Shown: positions 1 to 12,601, counted from the stretch's first letter. The stretch: 64,000 bases of DNA from Bugula neritina (GCA_964035545.1 OZ037768.1:186001-250000), one strand, 5' to 3'. Notes: generated from the sequence alone by a model not told the origin. Program-made: numbers and translations.

Positions 1-1055
1 ACCACCCGCCCTCGATACTGCACAACATACCTGACTCAATTAACAGACGCCTGTCATCAATTTCATCAGACACCACTAGCTTCGCGAATGCACAACACTA
101 TACCAAGAGGCCCTAAAGAAAAGCGGATACAGCCATAAACTTAAATTCCACCAACAGCTAGACAAAGAAAAACCATCCTAACAAAATCAACCGCTGGAAG
201 CCCATAATCTGGTTCCACCCGCCATACAGCCGCAATGTAGCCACAAATGTAGGCAAAGAATTTCTGAGGATAGCACAGGAAGAGTTCCCACACAACCATG
301 CCCTTAGTAAAATATTCAACAACAAAACCTTAAAAGTCAGCTACAGCTGCATGAAGAATGTACGGTCTATGATAAACGAACACAACAAAAAATTACTACA
401 TCAACAGGAGAATGTAAATGACCCATGCAACTGCAGAAATAAGAATCTGTGCCCACTCAATGGTAACTGCAGATCAAAATCTCTAATCTACCAAGCCACT
501 GTCTCCTCCAACAACCACACAGAAACATATGTTGGACTAACTAAGGGTGAATTCAAATTCTGATATCGCAACCATATAGCCAGTTTTAAACATAATAATA
601 AACGCAACTCCACTGAGCTCAGCAAATATGTCTGGACTTTAAAAGACAAGAATATAGATTATAATATACAATGGAGAATTTTAAAACATTCCCTATTGTG
701 CAATAAAAACTCCCCCCTCTGTCACCTATGTCTATGGGAGAAATATTTTATAGTATACAAACCAACATACGCTTCATTAAACACCAGAAGTGATTTTATT
801 TCTACATGTAGACATGCGAGGGCATTTGTTTTAGAAAACGTTACATGAGCATTTTATAATCCATACAATATGCTCACCAGCCTATTTTAAATATCATTAA
901 TCCGCCAGCTTTTCAGCTTTTTACTATTTAAATAGTTCCATGTAATATATTCTTTAGTAGATTTAAACATTTTATCTGAAGAGTGTATATGTTAACATAC
1001 ATGAAACTATTAGTAATAAAATGTTTTATCAAATTTAACTGTGTCATTTCAATTC

Positions 1056-1060
<5 letters not shown>
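1..1060 (+). mobile_element. Penelope-like element, 3' fragment (end of RT region, GIY-YIG endonuclease, 3' pseudo-LTR), degenerate; family 1
   Basis: Translation gives IIWFHPPYSRNV..., CNCRNKNLCPLNGNC, LIYQATV...TYVG (GIY-YIG), TELSKYVW, CHLCLWEK; internal stop at 561-563; ends in (TA)n at about 1060. Confidence 0.88.
965..1026 (+). ncRNA. Minimal type I hammerhead ribozyme in Penelope pseudo-LTR
   Basis: Helix I aaacattttat (965-975) pairs with ataaaatgttt (1016-1026); core CTGAAGA 976-982; helix II gtgtat/atacat; GAAA 1003-1006; very short helix III; cleavage triplet GTA 1013-1015. Confidence 0.85.
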
Positions 1061-1134
<74 letters not shown>

Positions 1135-1135
1135 T
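1061..1135. repeat. (TA)n microsatellite, Penelope target site
   Basis: Near-pure TA run between two Penelope fragments. Confidence 0.95.
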
Positions 1136-1170
1136 ATTAGAAAAAATATAATGAGATTTGATTAATATAA

Positions 1171-1233
1171 TGGCATTTATTACTAGTAGTTTCGTACACA
1201 AAAAACGATGTGCACTCGTCAGATAAATTTGCC
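1171..1233 (-). ncRNA. Minimal hammerhead ribozyme (inverted pseudo-LTR copy)
   Basis: Reverse complement of the 2212-2274 motif. Confidence 0.82.
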
Positions 1234-2211
1234 ACTATGATTGCTTACAACTATAAATACCCCTAGCATACTGAAAAACATACCAGAATCTATAAACCGC
1301 AGACTTTATGACATATCTACTAATGAAACTATTTTCAACAATGCCATCCCACAATATCAAGATGCGTTGGCTAAAAGCGGATATAATTACCAACTCAAAT
1401 ACAAAGACTACACTAACATCACCAATACAAGCATCAAACCTATAAGACAAAGACGAGTCATCTGGTACAACCCACCTTATAGCCGCAATGTAAAGACGAA
1501 AATCGGCTCCATATTCCTCAAGCTGATAAAAGATATATTCCACACCAAACACCCACTGCACAAAATATTTAATAAAAACACACTCAAACTCAGCTACAGT
1601 TGCTGCCCGAATTTAGAGCAGACCATCACTGCCCACAACAAAAGTGTTACTAAATGCAACACCGCCCCTATATCACAGGCAGGCTGTAACTGTAGAAATG
1701 TAGAGACATGCCCGCTTCCGGGAGAATGCACAACCCCAAACATTGTGTACCAGGCCAAAGTATCCGCCCCATCAAACGATACTGCCGAAACATATGTAGG
1801 AATTTCCTCCACTGCATTCAAGGCAAGATACTACAACCACCTTGCTTCCTTCAGACACCCAACCTTGGAAACTGAGTTGAGCAAACACATCTGGACCTTA
1901 AAAGACAAAGGTCTGGATTTTACCATATCCTGGAAAATTCTCAGAAAAGCTCAACCATACAACAACATCACTAAAAACTGTCAGCTATGCTCATGGGAAA
2001 AATATTTCATTCTTTATAAGCCACAGTTGTCTTCCCTCAAAAAGCGCAATGACTTTTTATCCATATGCAGACATAGTAGTAAATTTCTACTCAAGAATGC
2101 TGTAACATAGCCAATTACTTCCAATGCTACCTCTTTGTTATATTTTGATCTTCTAGCTTTATTCTGTGTATATTTACATATTACATTATTTATAGTTGTA
2201 AGCAATCATAG

Positions 2212-2274
2212 TGGCAAATTTATCTGACGAGTGCACATCGTTTTTGTGTACGAAACTACTAGTAATAAATGCCA
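2212..2274 (+). ncRNA. Minimal hammerhead ribozyme
   Basis: tggc-aa-atttat CTGACGA gtgcaca..tgtgtac GAAA ctacta GTA ataaat-gcca: helix I, conserved core, 7-bp helix II, minimal helix III. Confidence 0.85.
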
Positions 2275-2372
2275 TTATATTAATCAAATCTCATTTTATT
2301 TCTTCTAATGTTTATGCTCTTTTTTTATTTCTATAGAGCACTCTAGTAACGTTTTATAAACACTCATTTTAC

Positions 2373-2510
<138 letters not shown>

Positions 2511-2538
2511 GAAATAAAATGAGATTTGATTAATATAA

Positions 2539-2601
2539 TGGCATTTATTACTAGTAGTTTCGTACACAAGAACGATGTGCACTCGTCAGATAAATTAGCC
2601 A
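2539..2601 (-). ncRNA. Minimal hammerhead ribozyme
   Basis: Same core CTGACGA...GAAA...GTA on the minus strand. Confidence 0.82.
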
Positions 2602-3632
2602 CTATGATTGCTTACAACTATAAATAATGTAATATGTAAATATACACAGATTAAAGCTAGAAGATCAAAATATAACAAAAAGGTAGCATTGTAATTAATT
2701 GGCTATGTTACAGCATTCTTGAGTAGAAATTTACTACTATGTCTGCATATGGATAAAAAGTCATAGCGCTTATTGAGGGAAGACAACTGTGGCTTATAAA
2801 GAATGAAAAATTTTTCCCATGAGCATAGCTGACAGATTTTAGTGTTGTTGTTGTATGGTTGAGTTTTTCTGAGAATTTTCCAGGATATGGTAAAATCCAG
2901 ACCTTTGTCTTTTAAGGTCCAGATGTGTTTACTCAACTCAGTTTGCAAGCGCTTGGTTGGGTGTCTGAAAGAAGCAAGGTGGTTGTAGTATCTTGCCTTG
3001 AATGCAGTGGAGGAAATTCCTACATATGTTTCAGCAGTATCTTTTGATGGGACGGATACTTTGGCCTGGTACACAATGTTTGGGGTGGTGCATTCTCCTG
3101 GGAGTGGGCATGTCTTTACATTTCTACAGTTACAGCCTGCCTGTGATATAGGGGTGGTGTTGCATTTAGTAACATTTCTGTTGTGAGCAGTGATGGTCTG
3201 CTCTAAATTTGGGCAGCAACTGTAGCTGAGTTTGAGTGTGTTTTTATTAAATATTTTGTGCAGTGGGTGTTTGGTGTTGAATATATCTTTTATCAGCTTG
3301 AGGTATATGGAGCCGATTTTCGTCTTTACATTGCGGCTATAAGGTGGATTGTACCAGATGACTTGTCTTTGTCTGATGGGTTTGATGCTTGTATTGGTGT
3401 TGTCAGTATAGTCTTTGTAAAAATTTTTCATTCTTTATAAGCCACAGTTGTCTTCCCTCAATAAGCGCTATGACTTTTTATCCATATGCAGACATAGTAG
3501 TAAATTTCTACTCAAGAATGCTGTAACATAGCCAATTAATTACAATGCTACCTTTTTGTTATATTTTGATCTTCTAGCTTTAATCTGTGTATATTTACAT
3601 ATTACATTATTTATAGTTGTAAGCAATCATAG

Positions 3633-3695
3633 TGGCTAATTTATCTGACGAGTGCACATCGTTCTTGTGTACGAAACTACTAGTAATAAATGCCA
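3633..3695 (+). ncRNA. Minimal hammerhead ribozyme
   Basis: tggctaatttat CTGACGA gtgcaca..tgtgtac GAAA ctacta GTA ataaatgcca. Confidence 0.82.
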
Positions 3696-4233
3696 TTATA
3701 TTAATCAAATCTCATTTTATTTCTTCTAATGTTTACGCTCTAGATTTATTTCTATAGAGCACTCTAGTAACGTTTTATAAACACTCATTTTACTATATAT
3801 ATAAATATATATATAAAGCCGAAAATGTCTAACTGAATGTATATAATATATGAATGTATTGTATACTGGAATATATATTCTATGAACCTATTTGGATTTA
3901 CTGTTACTATACTGGACTATGGAAGGCAATGACCATCTCATTGGAAATAATGATATTGCATGATCAGACTCTATAGAAACAGCTACAAAACAGTCTACTA
4001 AACCTGAAAGGGAATCCAACTTCATTGAAATAATTTTCAATGAAGTTACTTCACAACCAATAGACTGATTGCTATGTTGAGTTGTCATTAGCTCATTAGT
4101 CTCAGCAACTGCAAGTTGTAGAACACGCTGCTGAAGCAAGGCAGTACACAAGGCGAGTGAAACAAGGCAGGTGAAACAAGGCGGGTGAAACAGGGCAGGT
4201 GGATTAAAACGAGAGTTATCCGACAGCGCTGTC

Positions 4234-7133
4234 ATGGCGTACCTGCTCAAAGGGAAGATTCTATACTCAACCCTGGGTGGACTAACAATGCTACTGGTGG
4301 TACACTTTTCTCTCAACTCTAATGGGAGCACGTGAGTGTCTTATTATATCCTCTCTTCTATCCCTGAATATCCTCTTTTATACCTCTGAATATCCTCTCT
4401 TATACCCCTGAATATCCTCTCTTATACCCCTGAGTAATATATTTTCATCCTACCACCATTAACACACCTTATAATAAACATTTTTGTGTTGTTGGCAGTT
4501 GGCAATCACAGCTTCTCCTCCATTATGTTGCTGTTACTATGAATAATCAATAAGTTATGTAATATGTGTATCACATATGCTAAGTAGAACTATTATATTT
4601 TTGTAGTTTCATTTGCTAAGCTGTTTTAATTTAAGCTCATCACCATTTTGTTATGCTTAGTTTTCTGCAATATTTAATTCTATCTAGCACGGCATTTTAA
4701 ATAAATGTTTCAATTCTGTAGAAAAAGTGAGACTACAAATTCAGTAGCTAAAGGGGGCGCACTTCAAGGCAGAGATGCTGAGCATGAATCTCAAAATATT
4801 CATAATATTTTGGTAAAAGATCAACAGTCTACTTCCGTGAACACTGCGCAGTTAAATAGCATCCAATCAACTAGTTCCAGGCTCTCCCCAGTCTCCTCCT
4901 CTCTGATTGGTTACTCATTAAGTCACCAGCCAATTGTACGTCCAGAGGAAAGGCTGAGTAGAGATCAGTGTGAAGAGTTACTCAACAGAGAGTTGCTGGA
5001 TGTTAGAGACTACCATATTCAGTTGATAGCAGGTGCCCCTGGCTCTGGCAATGACTGGTGTTTGCTGACTATTAGACTGTTTACCGGTAGGATTCATACA
5101 CCTACTGCACTACATTCTATTATTATAATAACAACAAAATGTGCTTTCATTGTATTTTTACATTTAACAAGTATTTTAAAAAAATTGTTTAGGAATGAAG
5201 ACAACAGGAACGTCTCCAACCAACCTGAAGGCCCGGGACTTTTCTGAACACCGAAAAGTCTACTTCTACTACAAAACCCACTACCCTTTTCAGTCTATGA
5301 ATTTACCAGTTCAGCAATACATTATTTCACACGCGGAGAGATTTGTGTTGACAATAAGAAACCCGCTAGATGCTGGATTTTCTACATATGTTATGTAAGC
5401 AGAGTGTATGTGTAATAGCATGCTCGGCTATCGTGTGTTAGTAGCTCTAGTATTACTAAACTCTATGTAATATTAGTATTACTAAGCTCTCTGTAATATT
5501 AGTATTACTAAACTCTCTGTAATATTAGTATTACTAAACTCTCTGTAATATTAGTATTACTAAACTCTCTGTAATATTAGTATTACTAAACTCTCTGTAA
5601 TATTAGTATCACTAAACTCTCTGTAATATTAGTATTACTAAACTCTCTGTAATATTAGTATTACTAAACTCTCTGTAATATTAGTATTACTAAACTCTCT
5701 GTGCTATGAGTCACCAGAGTTTATTAACTTAGAAACTGATTTGCATACTAGCTGCTGTTAATTCTATATATCTATAGGGTTAACTATTGAATCTTCAGAT
5801 TTTAATTTTCATAGTAATCTGTCAGCCAAGCTAGAATATTGATTTGAAGTTGCAATTTGATTGGACAACAATTGCTGCCAAACATGCACCACTTAGATTA
5901 GCGTTGCAAGCTAGAGGTGTATGTGTATGCTGCTTTATTATCATATTTAGCTTTTCATGACAGCGTAGCATTTCCATGGCAACTTAGAAATGTGTTCAAC
6001 GTTGATGTTGACGGAATGTTTCAGGTCTTCGATACACAAGATGCACTTTGCTAGTCGCAAGAAGTATGCCAACGTGACCACACTCTTTCACATGAACGAC
6101 TTCATAGTTTATGATAGCTCTGGTGAGCCAGCAATAAAAGTAGGTGAGACAAGTCATGAGTAGCTAATTTGTTTGCACGTCGTTATGGTTACCGTGACTT
6201 TTGGTATGTTTGGAACTTTCTCACCCTGAATATGCCGTCAGCTAGTAGCTGTGTCATTACAATCATCAAGATATTACTACTGAACCACTTAATAGAAAGC
6301 ATGAATTTGAATGAAACATTTTACATTGTGTTGTAATAAAGCACCCATGAATATAATATACTATGAGAGAAGTAGAAAGGGATTTGGAGGTGGCTGTTTG
6401 AGCACATCTTTATCAACAAGGGACAGTATTACTCGCAGCTGCTGTTAACGAATTACTGAATGAATTATATTACATATATGTTTTGTACATTAAGGCAAGT
6501 CATTATATATGTTGTAGAGCTCAAGTCATAATATATGTTGTAGAGCTCAAAGAATACTTGGAGCGATTCTTCCGCAACTGGAAATATCATCATGAATTTT
6601 ATCTAACTAAGTACACAGGTCCTTTAAAAGTTGTTCTTTACAGAAACTTAGCTGATGATATCTTTAACTTTAAAGATATTTTAGAATTTTTTGGATACAA
6701 TGTGACTGAGACTATAGAAAGGTGAGTAGTACTAGTGACTATATAACAGTGAGTAGGGCTAGTGGCTATATAACAGTGAGTAGTACTAGTGACTATAGAA
6801 AGGTGAGTAGTACTATAGTGACTATAGAAAGGTGAGTAGTACTAGTGACTATATAACAGTGAGTAGTAGTAGTGACTATAGAACAGTGAGTAACTCTAGT
6901 GACTATATCATAAAGGTGAATACTGTGTGGTTACATATTTCAGGAGACAACGATTCCAATGTGTGCTGGAGAATGATGCCTACACCAAGCAATGGAAGAG
7001 ACCAACAGTGTCTCTGTTAGACAAAGCTAAAGAAATTGTCAGAAAACTTTATAAACTAGAAATTACTTCTGTTATATCTTCAGTAGAGCAAATGTATTAT
7101 TCTAAGTATGGGAAGACGATTGCTATTGTTTAA
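4234..7133 (+). CDS. Type II membrane sulfotransferase, WSCD1/2 (sialate O-sulfotransferase)-like catalytic domain; exons about 4234-4331, 4722-5086, 5193-5394, 6025-6143, 6544-6721, 6944-7133
   Basis: N-terminal anchor MAYLLKGKILYSTLGGLTMLLVVHFSL; 5'-PAPS loop-like GAPGSGNDW; YKTH; VLTIRNPLDA (3'-PB motif); RFQCVLEN; GT-AG introns in consistent phase. Confidence 0.75.
5448..5702. repeat. Intronic minisatellite, 26-bp unit tagtattactaaactctctgtaatat, about 10 copies
   Basis: Seen directly. Confidence 0.9.
6709..6920 (+). repeat. Splice-donor-containing minisatellite, about 27-bp unit gactatagaaag|gtgagtagtactagt
   Basis: First unit spans the exon end and the donor at 6721/6722. Confidence 0.85.
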
Positions 7134-7407
7134 GTATGGGAAGACGATTACTATTGTATAAGTATAAAAGAGTGGACAACTACTGACATGATGTAGAATC
7201 CTGATAGGAAAACAGACAATGAGATGTTGTGACAAATCAGCCATTGCAGATTATTATTTGTTTATCAGTTTTAATAATCAGAAAGTTTCTTGACTTAACA
7301 AATATATTTATCATGATCACTTAACCATTGAGTAGTTTTTTGCAGTTTTTAATGTATTATGTAGCACAGTGCAAGTATTAGCATGGATTAAAGAAAACCG
7401 TTATAGT

Positions 7408-7741
7408 TGAAACATTAAGCATAGTGAGTATATAATTACCTGAGAGTTACTCGAAGTATGTAGGTATGACATTGAAGTATCGAAAGAACAATAAACTTAA
7501 AGTGGGGTCTGGCCGGCCAGGGGAAATACAAGGACCAAAAGTATAGTACTGATTTATAATTATTTTATCACAAAGTCTATCGGCGTGTTTATCTACTGTA
7601 GGCTGACATCTTTCATCTCGTAGTCTCTCGTTCGTCCTTGACCCAATATGTATTTTAATAAACAAATGCACATGACATTATAACGTAGCATCTCGCTAGT
7701 CCGTAATTAGTGATAAACAAAAGACACATAATAATATAACA
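7408..7741 (-). repeat. 3' LTR
   Basis: Direct repeat of 11918-12251, adjacent to the polypurine tract at 7742-7753. Confidence 0.95.
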
Positions 7742-7894
7742 TCTCCCTTCTTAAGCAGGTGACTTCCTTCTATAACATTGTGATTAAGGTTGCTGAGATT
7801 AATAATATGATACGAGTATACATGATTAATATATGGATTGGGGATTAACAATGAAACTAAATAACTATGTACAGGGTGGGAAACGGCTAATAGC

Positions 7895-10800
7895 TTATCC
7901 CATGTGGAAGTCCTTGTATTTAGCGGGGAGGACTCCACGGTTGCTTCTGGGTTGACGCTCTGGTGGTGGTGCCCCGTTCCTGAGAGGTGTTGCAGGCAGG
8001 GCAGGCATGTGGGGGGATTCATTAGGAGCACCTCCAACATCAGTATCAGCAGCATCAGCGACACCAAGGGTCTGTGTGTTATCTGGTTTGAGGTGAACAC
8101 GATTCCTACGCACTATAGACTGACCGTTGTCAACCAAGTAGGATCTGGGGGAGTCATGCTGTTCGACAATCATTCCTGGCGACCATTCTTTGTCAGTGCT
8201 TGACCTGATTAGTGCAGGAGTCCCAGGTTCCAGATCAGCCAACGGCCGTGCATGGCGGTCATGGTACTTCTTCTGCAAGTTTTGGTTGGCTATTAGTTGT
8301 TGGCTAGCCTCAATAACAACTGGTTTAAGCGACTCGGCAGTGATTGGCAAATCACTTCTTAGGGCTCTGTTGAACAGAAGCTCAGCTGGACTGAAAGCAC
8401 AGCCAGTGATAGGAGATTGCCTGTACCTGAGTAGTGACCTGTATATATCCTCTCTTTCATCCTCACATTTTTTTAGAAAGGCTTTCATCGTTTGCACATA
8501 ACGCTCAGCCATTCCATTGGACTTAGGGTAGTGCGGACTAGATGTTACAATGGTGAAGCACCAGCTTGATGCAAAAGTCTGCATGATTCTACTGCTGAAA
8601 GGCATGTTGTCCGCCAGAATGGACACTGGCACCCCGTGTACAGCAAATATGGATTTCAATGCCAAAACCACGTCTTCAGCAGTCTTTCTCCTGAGTAATC
8701 TCAGCTCGGGGAAGTGAGAGTAACAGTCCACAACTACCAAGTAATCATTATTCTTATAGGACAGTATATCCATAGCCACTTTATTCCATGGTAGACTTGG
8801 CAGCTCATGAGACATTAACGGCTCTTTCTGTTGACGGTTGGAAAACTTAGCGCAGGTGAGGCAACTTGACACTTCATTCCGTATATCAGCAGATAGCCCA
8901 GGCCAATAGAATGATTTCCTCGCAAGCTCTCTGCATTTCTCAACGCCCAGGTGGCCCATGTGCAGCGACTTTAGAATGTGCTTCCTCTGTGACTTCGGAA
9001 CTATAAGCCGCTCTTCAACGTAAAGAAATCCATCCACATCATAGATGTCAGATCTAACATTCCAGTAGGGTTGGATTTCTGTGGGGGCCTGACTCCGTCT
9101 ACTCCATGACCAACCATCTTGCAGTGCTTTTTTCAGACTGTCCATTGTCGGGTCTTCAGCATATGACTGTCTCATCTCATTCATGGTGCTATCATCGGTT
9201 TCTAAGGCATGAACCATCACAACTTCACCTTCGAGATCACACTGATCATTTGTAACGCGCTGAAGGTAGGCTCGGGATAGTGTGTCAGCAATATATAAAT
9301 ACTTGCCCGGAACATATGTGAACTCAGCTATCCGGTATCTTTGTAGTCGCAGAAGTAGTCTTTGCAGCCTTGGGGATGCCTTGTGCAACGACTTGTTCAT
9401 TATCGGGACGAGAGGTTTATGATCCGTCTGTATGTGAACAGCACGTCCATAGAGGTAGCTGTGAAAGCGCTCACAGCCGAACACAACTGCTAGCAGCTCC
9501 TTATCTATTTGGGGATAGTTGCACTCAGTCTCAGTTAAGCTGCGTGAAGCGTATGCAACAGGTTTACCTTCCTGTAGTAACACTGCACCAAGTCCCGACT
9601 TTGAAGCGTCAACTTGTAAATGCGCATCCTTGGTAACATCAAAATACTGCAAGACAGGTTCGGATGTAAGCAAGCGTTTAATTACCTGGAAGCTTTCCAT
9701 TTGTTCTTTGGACCACACCCACTGACTATCACTCTTCAGTAGCACTCTCAAGGGCTCAGTACAGGCTGACATGTTGGGTATGTAGGCTCTTAGAAAATTG
9801 AGAGTACCAATCAGTCTTTGTACTCCCTCTCGGTCTGTTGGGTCAGGCATGGCCTCAATAGCTGCTATCTTGTCTGGGTCAGGACGCAGACCATCTTTCG
9901 ATACTATATGGCCTAAATAGCGTACCTCCGTCTGATTCAACTGAATCTTCTTGCGATTAAACTTCACATTAGCCTCTTTGGCCTTTACCAATAGCTTTCT
10001 CAGATTGGCATCATGTTCCTGTTGTGTCTTTCCAGCTACAATGATGTCATCAAAATACACTGAGACACCAGGCAAGTCTCCAAATATTTGCTCCACCTTC
10101 TTCTCAAAGACTTCAGCACTTGAGTGAAGACCAAATGGAAGTCTATCAAAACAGTAGCGACCATATGGGGTGTTGAACGTTGTGAGCAGTCTACTCTCTT
10201 TGGTCAAGGCTACATGCCAGTATCCATGTTTCATGTCCATGATGGTGTAGTATTGCATACCATTGAATCTGAAGGCAATGTCTTCTAATGTGGGTATCTT
10301 GTGATGTTCTCGTCTCACTGCTCTGTTCAGGTCCTTGGGGTCTAGGCATATACGAACCGACCCATCTTTCTTTTCAACGCATACCATACTACTCACCCAG
10401 TTGGTTGGTACGTCAACCTTAGATATGATTCCAGATGCCTCCATATCATCCAGCTCCTTTTTCACTTTGTCTAACATACTGAGTGGGACACGTCTTGGAT
10501 GATGAACCACAGGCTTCACATTCTCGTCAACACATATCTCGTGCTCTCCATCAAGTCTGCCAACTCCTTCAAACACCTCAGGGAACTCCTGAAGTATCGA
10601 GGTTGACAACTGATTAACTCTGCGGATCAGACCAAAAGATTCAGCAGCCTCGAGGCCAAGTATGGGAGGAAGGTCCTCATCAACCACCTCGAAGTGGACA
10701 CTCTGGCTATGCTCCTTGTGGTTCACGGTGAGTTGAACTGCACCCACATTCTTGATCTTGGCCTTATTATAGCCGTAAAGGCATACAGAAGTGGGCTTTA

Positions 10801-11809
10801 GAGTAGCACCAAGTGACTGAACGGTTCTTAGGTTGATGCAATTCGTTTCAGCTCCAGTATCAATCTTAAACTGAATATCATTGGCCTTTCCTTTGTCACT
10901 GACCTTCATCGGAAGAATCCAAGATTTCAATTTAGATTCATTAGAAAGAGCACCAACAGCACCTATGAACAAGCTATTCATTTGTTTCGCTGCAAGAGCT
11001 TTGCCTTTGCAGACTTTCTCAAAGTGATTTTTCTTCCCGCAGTTATGACATGTCTCGCCATAAGCAGGACATCTACCTTTGGCATGTGTATATCCACAAA
11101 ATTTGCAATCTATGTTGTCCTTACGTGTGTTACTTCTGGTTTTATTTTGCGTAGCGCCAGGCTGACTCTGCACAGTGCTGACTGCAGCATCATTTATCTC
11201 ATTGACTGTCTTCATAGTAGTATCACCGGCAGCCATTCTTGACATTTGCTGTTTGGTAATCTCAGCAGCACGGATGTCATCTAAGGCACTCTCAAGTTTA
11301 ACGTTTTTGTCACGGAGTAGCCGCTCCTTCAACTTTCCATCAGTGAGTCCAAACACAATTCTGCAGAGAAGCATTCGGTCTCGCAATTCGCCAAAATCAC
11401 ATTTTGTAGCTTGAGTTTTTAGACGTTTCACAAAGGTGTCAATGGGCTCTCCATCACTCTGACTGAGAGACCAAAAAACAAACCATTCATACAACACGTT
11501 ACGCCGGGGATTGCAATAGGCTTCAAACTGCTCCAAAACATCAGCCATAACATCCTTGCTTTTACCTGCGGGAAAGTCAAATTGACCATAAATCTCAGTA
11601 GCTTCCTCACCAGCCTGGTTCAGAAGTATAGCAACCTGACGTCTATTAATACCCGCATTCTCAGGAGGAGGCTCTTGGCCACTCTCTTGAGGCTTCAAAA
11701 CCAAATCACTTGCAAGCAAATAATTTTCCAAGGCCCTTCTCCACTTCCTCCAATTGTCTGACACATTACCTTCAAATGATAATTCTCCAGGGGCCTTCAA
11801 ACCTTCCAT
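7895..11809 (-). CDS. Gag-Pol polyprotein in a single ORF: Gag with two CCHC-type knuckles, aspartic protease, RT, RNase H, integrase
   Basis: First ATG at 11809 (MEGLKAPGEL); CKFCGYTHAKGRC and CHNCGKKNHFEKVC; DTGA; YFDD; VDAS..KE..TDH; HMGH...CLTC; integrase core; no stops. Confidence 0.95.
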   Translation of the reverse strand: MEGLKAPGELSFEGNVSDNWRKWRRALENYLLASDLVLKPQESGQEPPPENAGINRRQVAILLNQAGEEATEIYGQFDFPAGKSKDVMADVLEQFEAYCNPRRNVLYEWFVFWSLSQSDGEPIDTFVKRLKTQATKCDFGELRDRMLLCRIVFGLTDGKLKERLLRDKNVKLESALDDIRAAEITKQQMSRMAAGDTTMKTVNEINDAAVSTVQSQPGATQNKTRSNTRKDNIDCKFCGYTHAKGRCPAYGETCHNCGKKNHFEKVCKGKALAAKQMNSLFIGAVGALSNESKLKSWILPMKVSDKGKANDIQFKIDTGAETNCINLRTVQSLGATLKPTSVCLYGYNKAKIKNVGAVQLTVNHKEHSQSVHFEVVDEDLPPILGLEAAESFGLIRRVNQLSTSILQEFPEVFEGVGRLDGEHEICVDENVKPVVHHPRRVPLSMLDKVKKELDDMEASGIISKVDVPTNWVSSMVCVEKKDGSVRICLDPKDLNRAVRREHHKIPTLEDIAFRFNGMQYYTIMDMKHGYWHVALTKESRLLTTFNTPYGRYCFDRLPFGLHSSAEVFEKKVEQIFGDLPGVSVYFDDIIVAGKTQQEHDANLRKLLVKAKEANVKFNRKKIQLNQTEVRYLGHIVSKDGLRPDPDKIAAIEAMPDPTDREGVQRLIGTLNFLRAYIPNMSACTEPLRVLLKSDSQWVWSKEQMESFQVIKRLLTSEPVLQYFDVTKDAHLQVDASKSGLGAVLLQEGKPVAYASRSLTETECNYPQIDKELLAVVFGCERFHSYLYGRAVHIQTDHKPLVPIMNKSLHKASPRLQRLLLRLQRYRIAEFTYVPGKYLYIADTLSRAYLQRVTNDQCDLEGEVVMVHALETDDSTMNEMRQSYAEDPTMDSLKKALQDGWSWSRRSQAPTEIQPYWNVRSDIYDVDGFLYVEERLIVPKSQRKHILKSLHMGHLGVEKCRELARKSFYWPGLSADIRNEVSSCLTCAKFSNRQQKEPLMSHELPSLPWNKVAMDILSYKNNDYLVVVDCYSHFPELRLLRRKTAEDVVLALKSIFAVHGVPVSILADNMPFSSRIMQTFASSWCFTIVTSSPHYPKSNGMAERYVQTMKAFLKKCEDEREDIYRSLLRYRQSPITGCAFSPAELLFNRALRSDLPITAESLKPVVIEASQQLIANQNLQKKYHDRHARPLADLEPGTPALIRSSTDKEWSPGMIVEQHDSPRSYLVDNGQSIVRRNRVHLKPDNTQTLGVADAADTDVGGAPNESPHMPALPATPLRNGAPPPERQPRSNRGVLPAKYKDFHMG

Positions 11810-11907
11810 GACAGCTCCAAGGCAGACCAACACAGTCCACAACAACAAACAACTAAAAGCTAAACAATCACCACTCCAGTGGCAAAGTAGGGTGCGAGTA
11901 CGATCTA

Positions 11908-11917
11908 GCTGCCACCA
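11908..11917 (-). promoter_or_regulatory. Primer-binding site, probably tRNA-Leu
   Basis: TGGTGGCAGC is complementary to the ...GCUGCCACCA 3' end typical of eukaryotic tRNA-Leu(AAG/UAG). Confidence 0.7.
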
Positions 11918-12251
11918 TGAAACATTAAGTATAGTGAGTATATAATTACCTGAGAGTTACTCGAAGTATGTAGGCATGACATTGAAGTATCGAAAAAACA
12001 ATAAACTTAAAGTGGGGTCTGGCCGGCCAGGGGAAATACAAGGACCAAAAGTATAGTACTGATTTATAATTATTTTATCACAAAGTCTATCGGCGTGTTT
12101 ATCTACTGTAGGCTGACATCTTTCATCTCGTAGTCTCTCGTTCGTCCTTGACCCAATATGTATTTTAATAAACAAATGCACATGACATTATAACGTAGCA
12201 TCTCGCTAGTCCGTAATTAGTGATAAACAAAAGACACATAATAATATAACA
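11918..12251 (-). repeat. 5' LTR
   Basis: Followed on the minus strand by the PBS. Confidence 0.95.
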
Positions 12252-12397
12252 ATAGTAACAGGCAAAAATATAATTATACAAAACAGTAGACTAAAGTTTC
12301 GTTTACACAAATTGAACTTTTAGAAGATTGTACAAGTTTCTCATATAAATTTTAGCATTTCAGCACAATGCTAAAAAGCATATTATAGTATAAGTAT

Positions 12398-12575
12398 GTA
12401 TAGTATAGCATAGGTATAATATAGTATAACATAGTAGTATATAGTATAACATAGTAGTATATAGTATAACATAGTAGTATACAGTATAACATAGTAGTAT
12501 ACAGTATAACATAGTAGTATATAGTATAACATAGGTATAATATAACATAACATAATAGTATATAGTATAACATAG
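12398..12575. repeat. 20-bp minisatellite atagtataacatagtagtat
   Basis: Seen directly. Confidence 0.85.
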
Positions 12576-12601
12576 GTGTAATGTACCAACATTTCTCTCA
12601 T

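Larger units (their letters stand above)
1136..2372 (+). mobile_element. Penelope-like insertion (family 2, copy A): inverted pseudo-LTR 1136-1259, then 5'-truncated ORF 1260-2110 and 3' UTR
   Basis: ORF has VIWYNPPYS, CNCRNVETCPLPGEC (CxCx5C), IVYQAKV...YVG, CQLCSWEK; 1136-1259 is the reverse complement of about 2187-2309; flanked by TA tracts. Confidence 0.92.
7408..12251 (-). mobile_element. Full-length Ty3/Gypsy LTR retrotransposon (Mag/K02A2.6-like)
   Basis: 334-bp LTRs 7408-7741 and 11918-12251 (TG...CA, 3 mismatches seen); TSD ATAGT at 7403-7407 and 12252-12256; PBS TGGTGGCAGC; PPT aagaagggaga. Confidence 0.97.

Noticed and set aside
3888-4331. 147-aa minus-strand ORF
   Set aside because: Antisense to the first exon and 5' region of the sulfotransferase gene; no recognisable motifs
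7447-8501. Small ORFs in the LTR and antisense to pol; possible env gene
   Set aside because: Only about 150 bp separate the pol stop from the 3' LTR, leaving no room for env; the small ORFs are incidental
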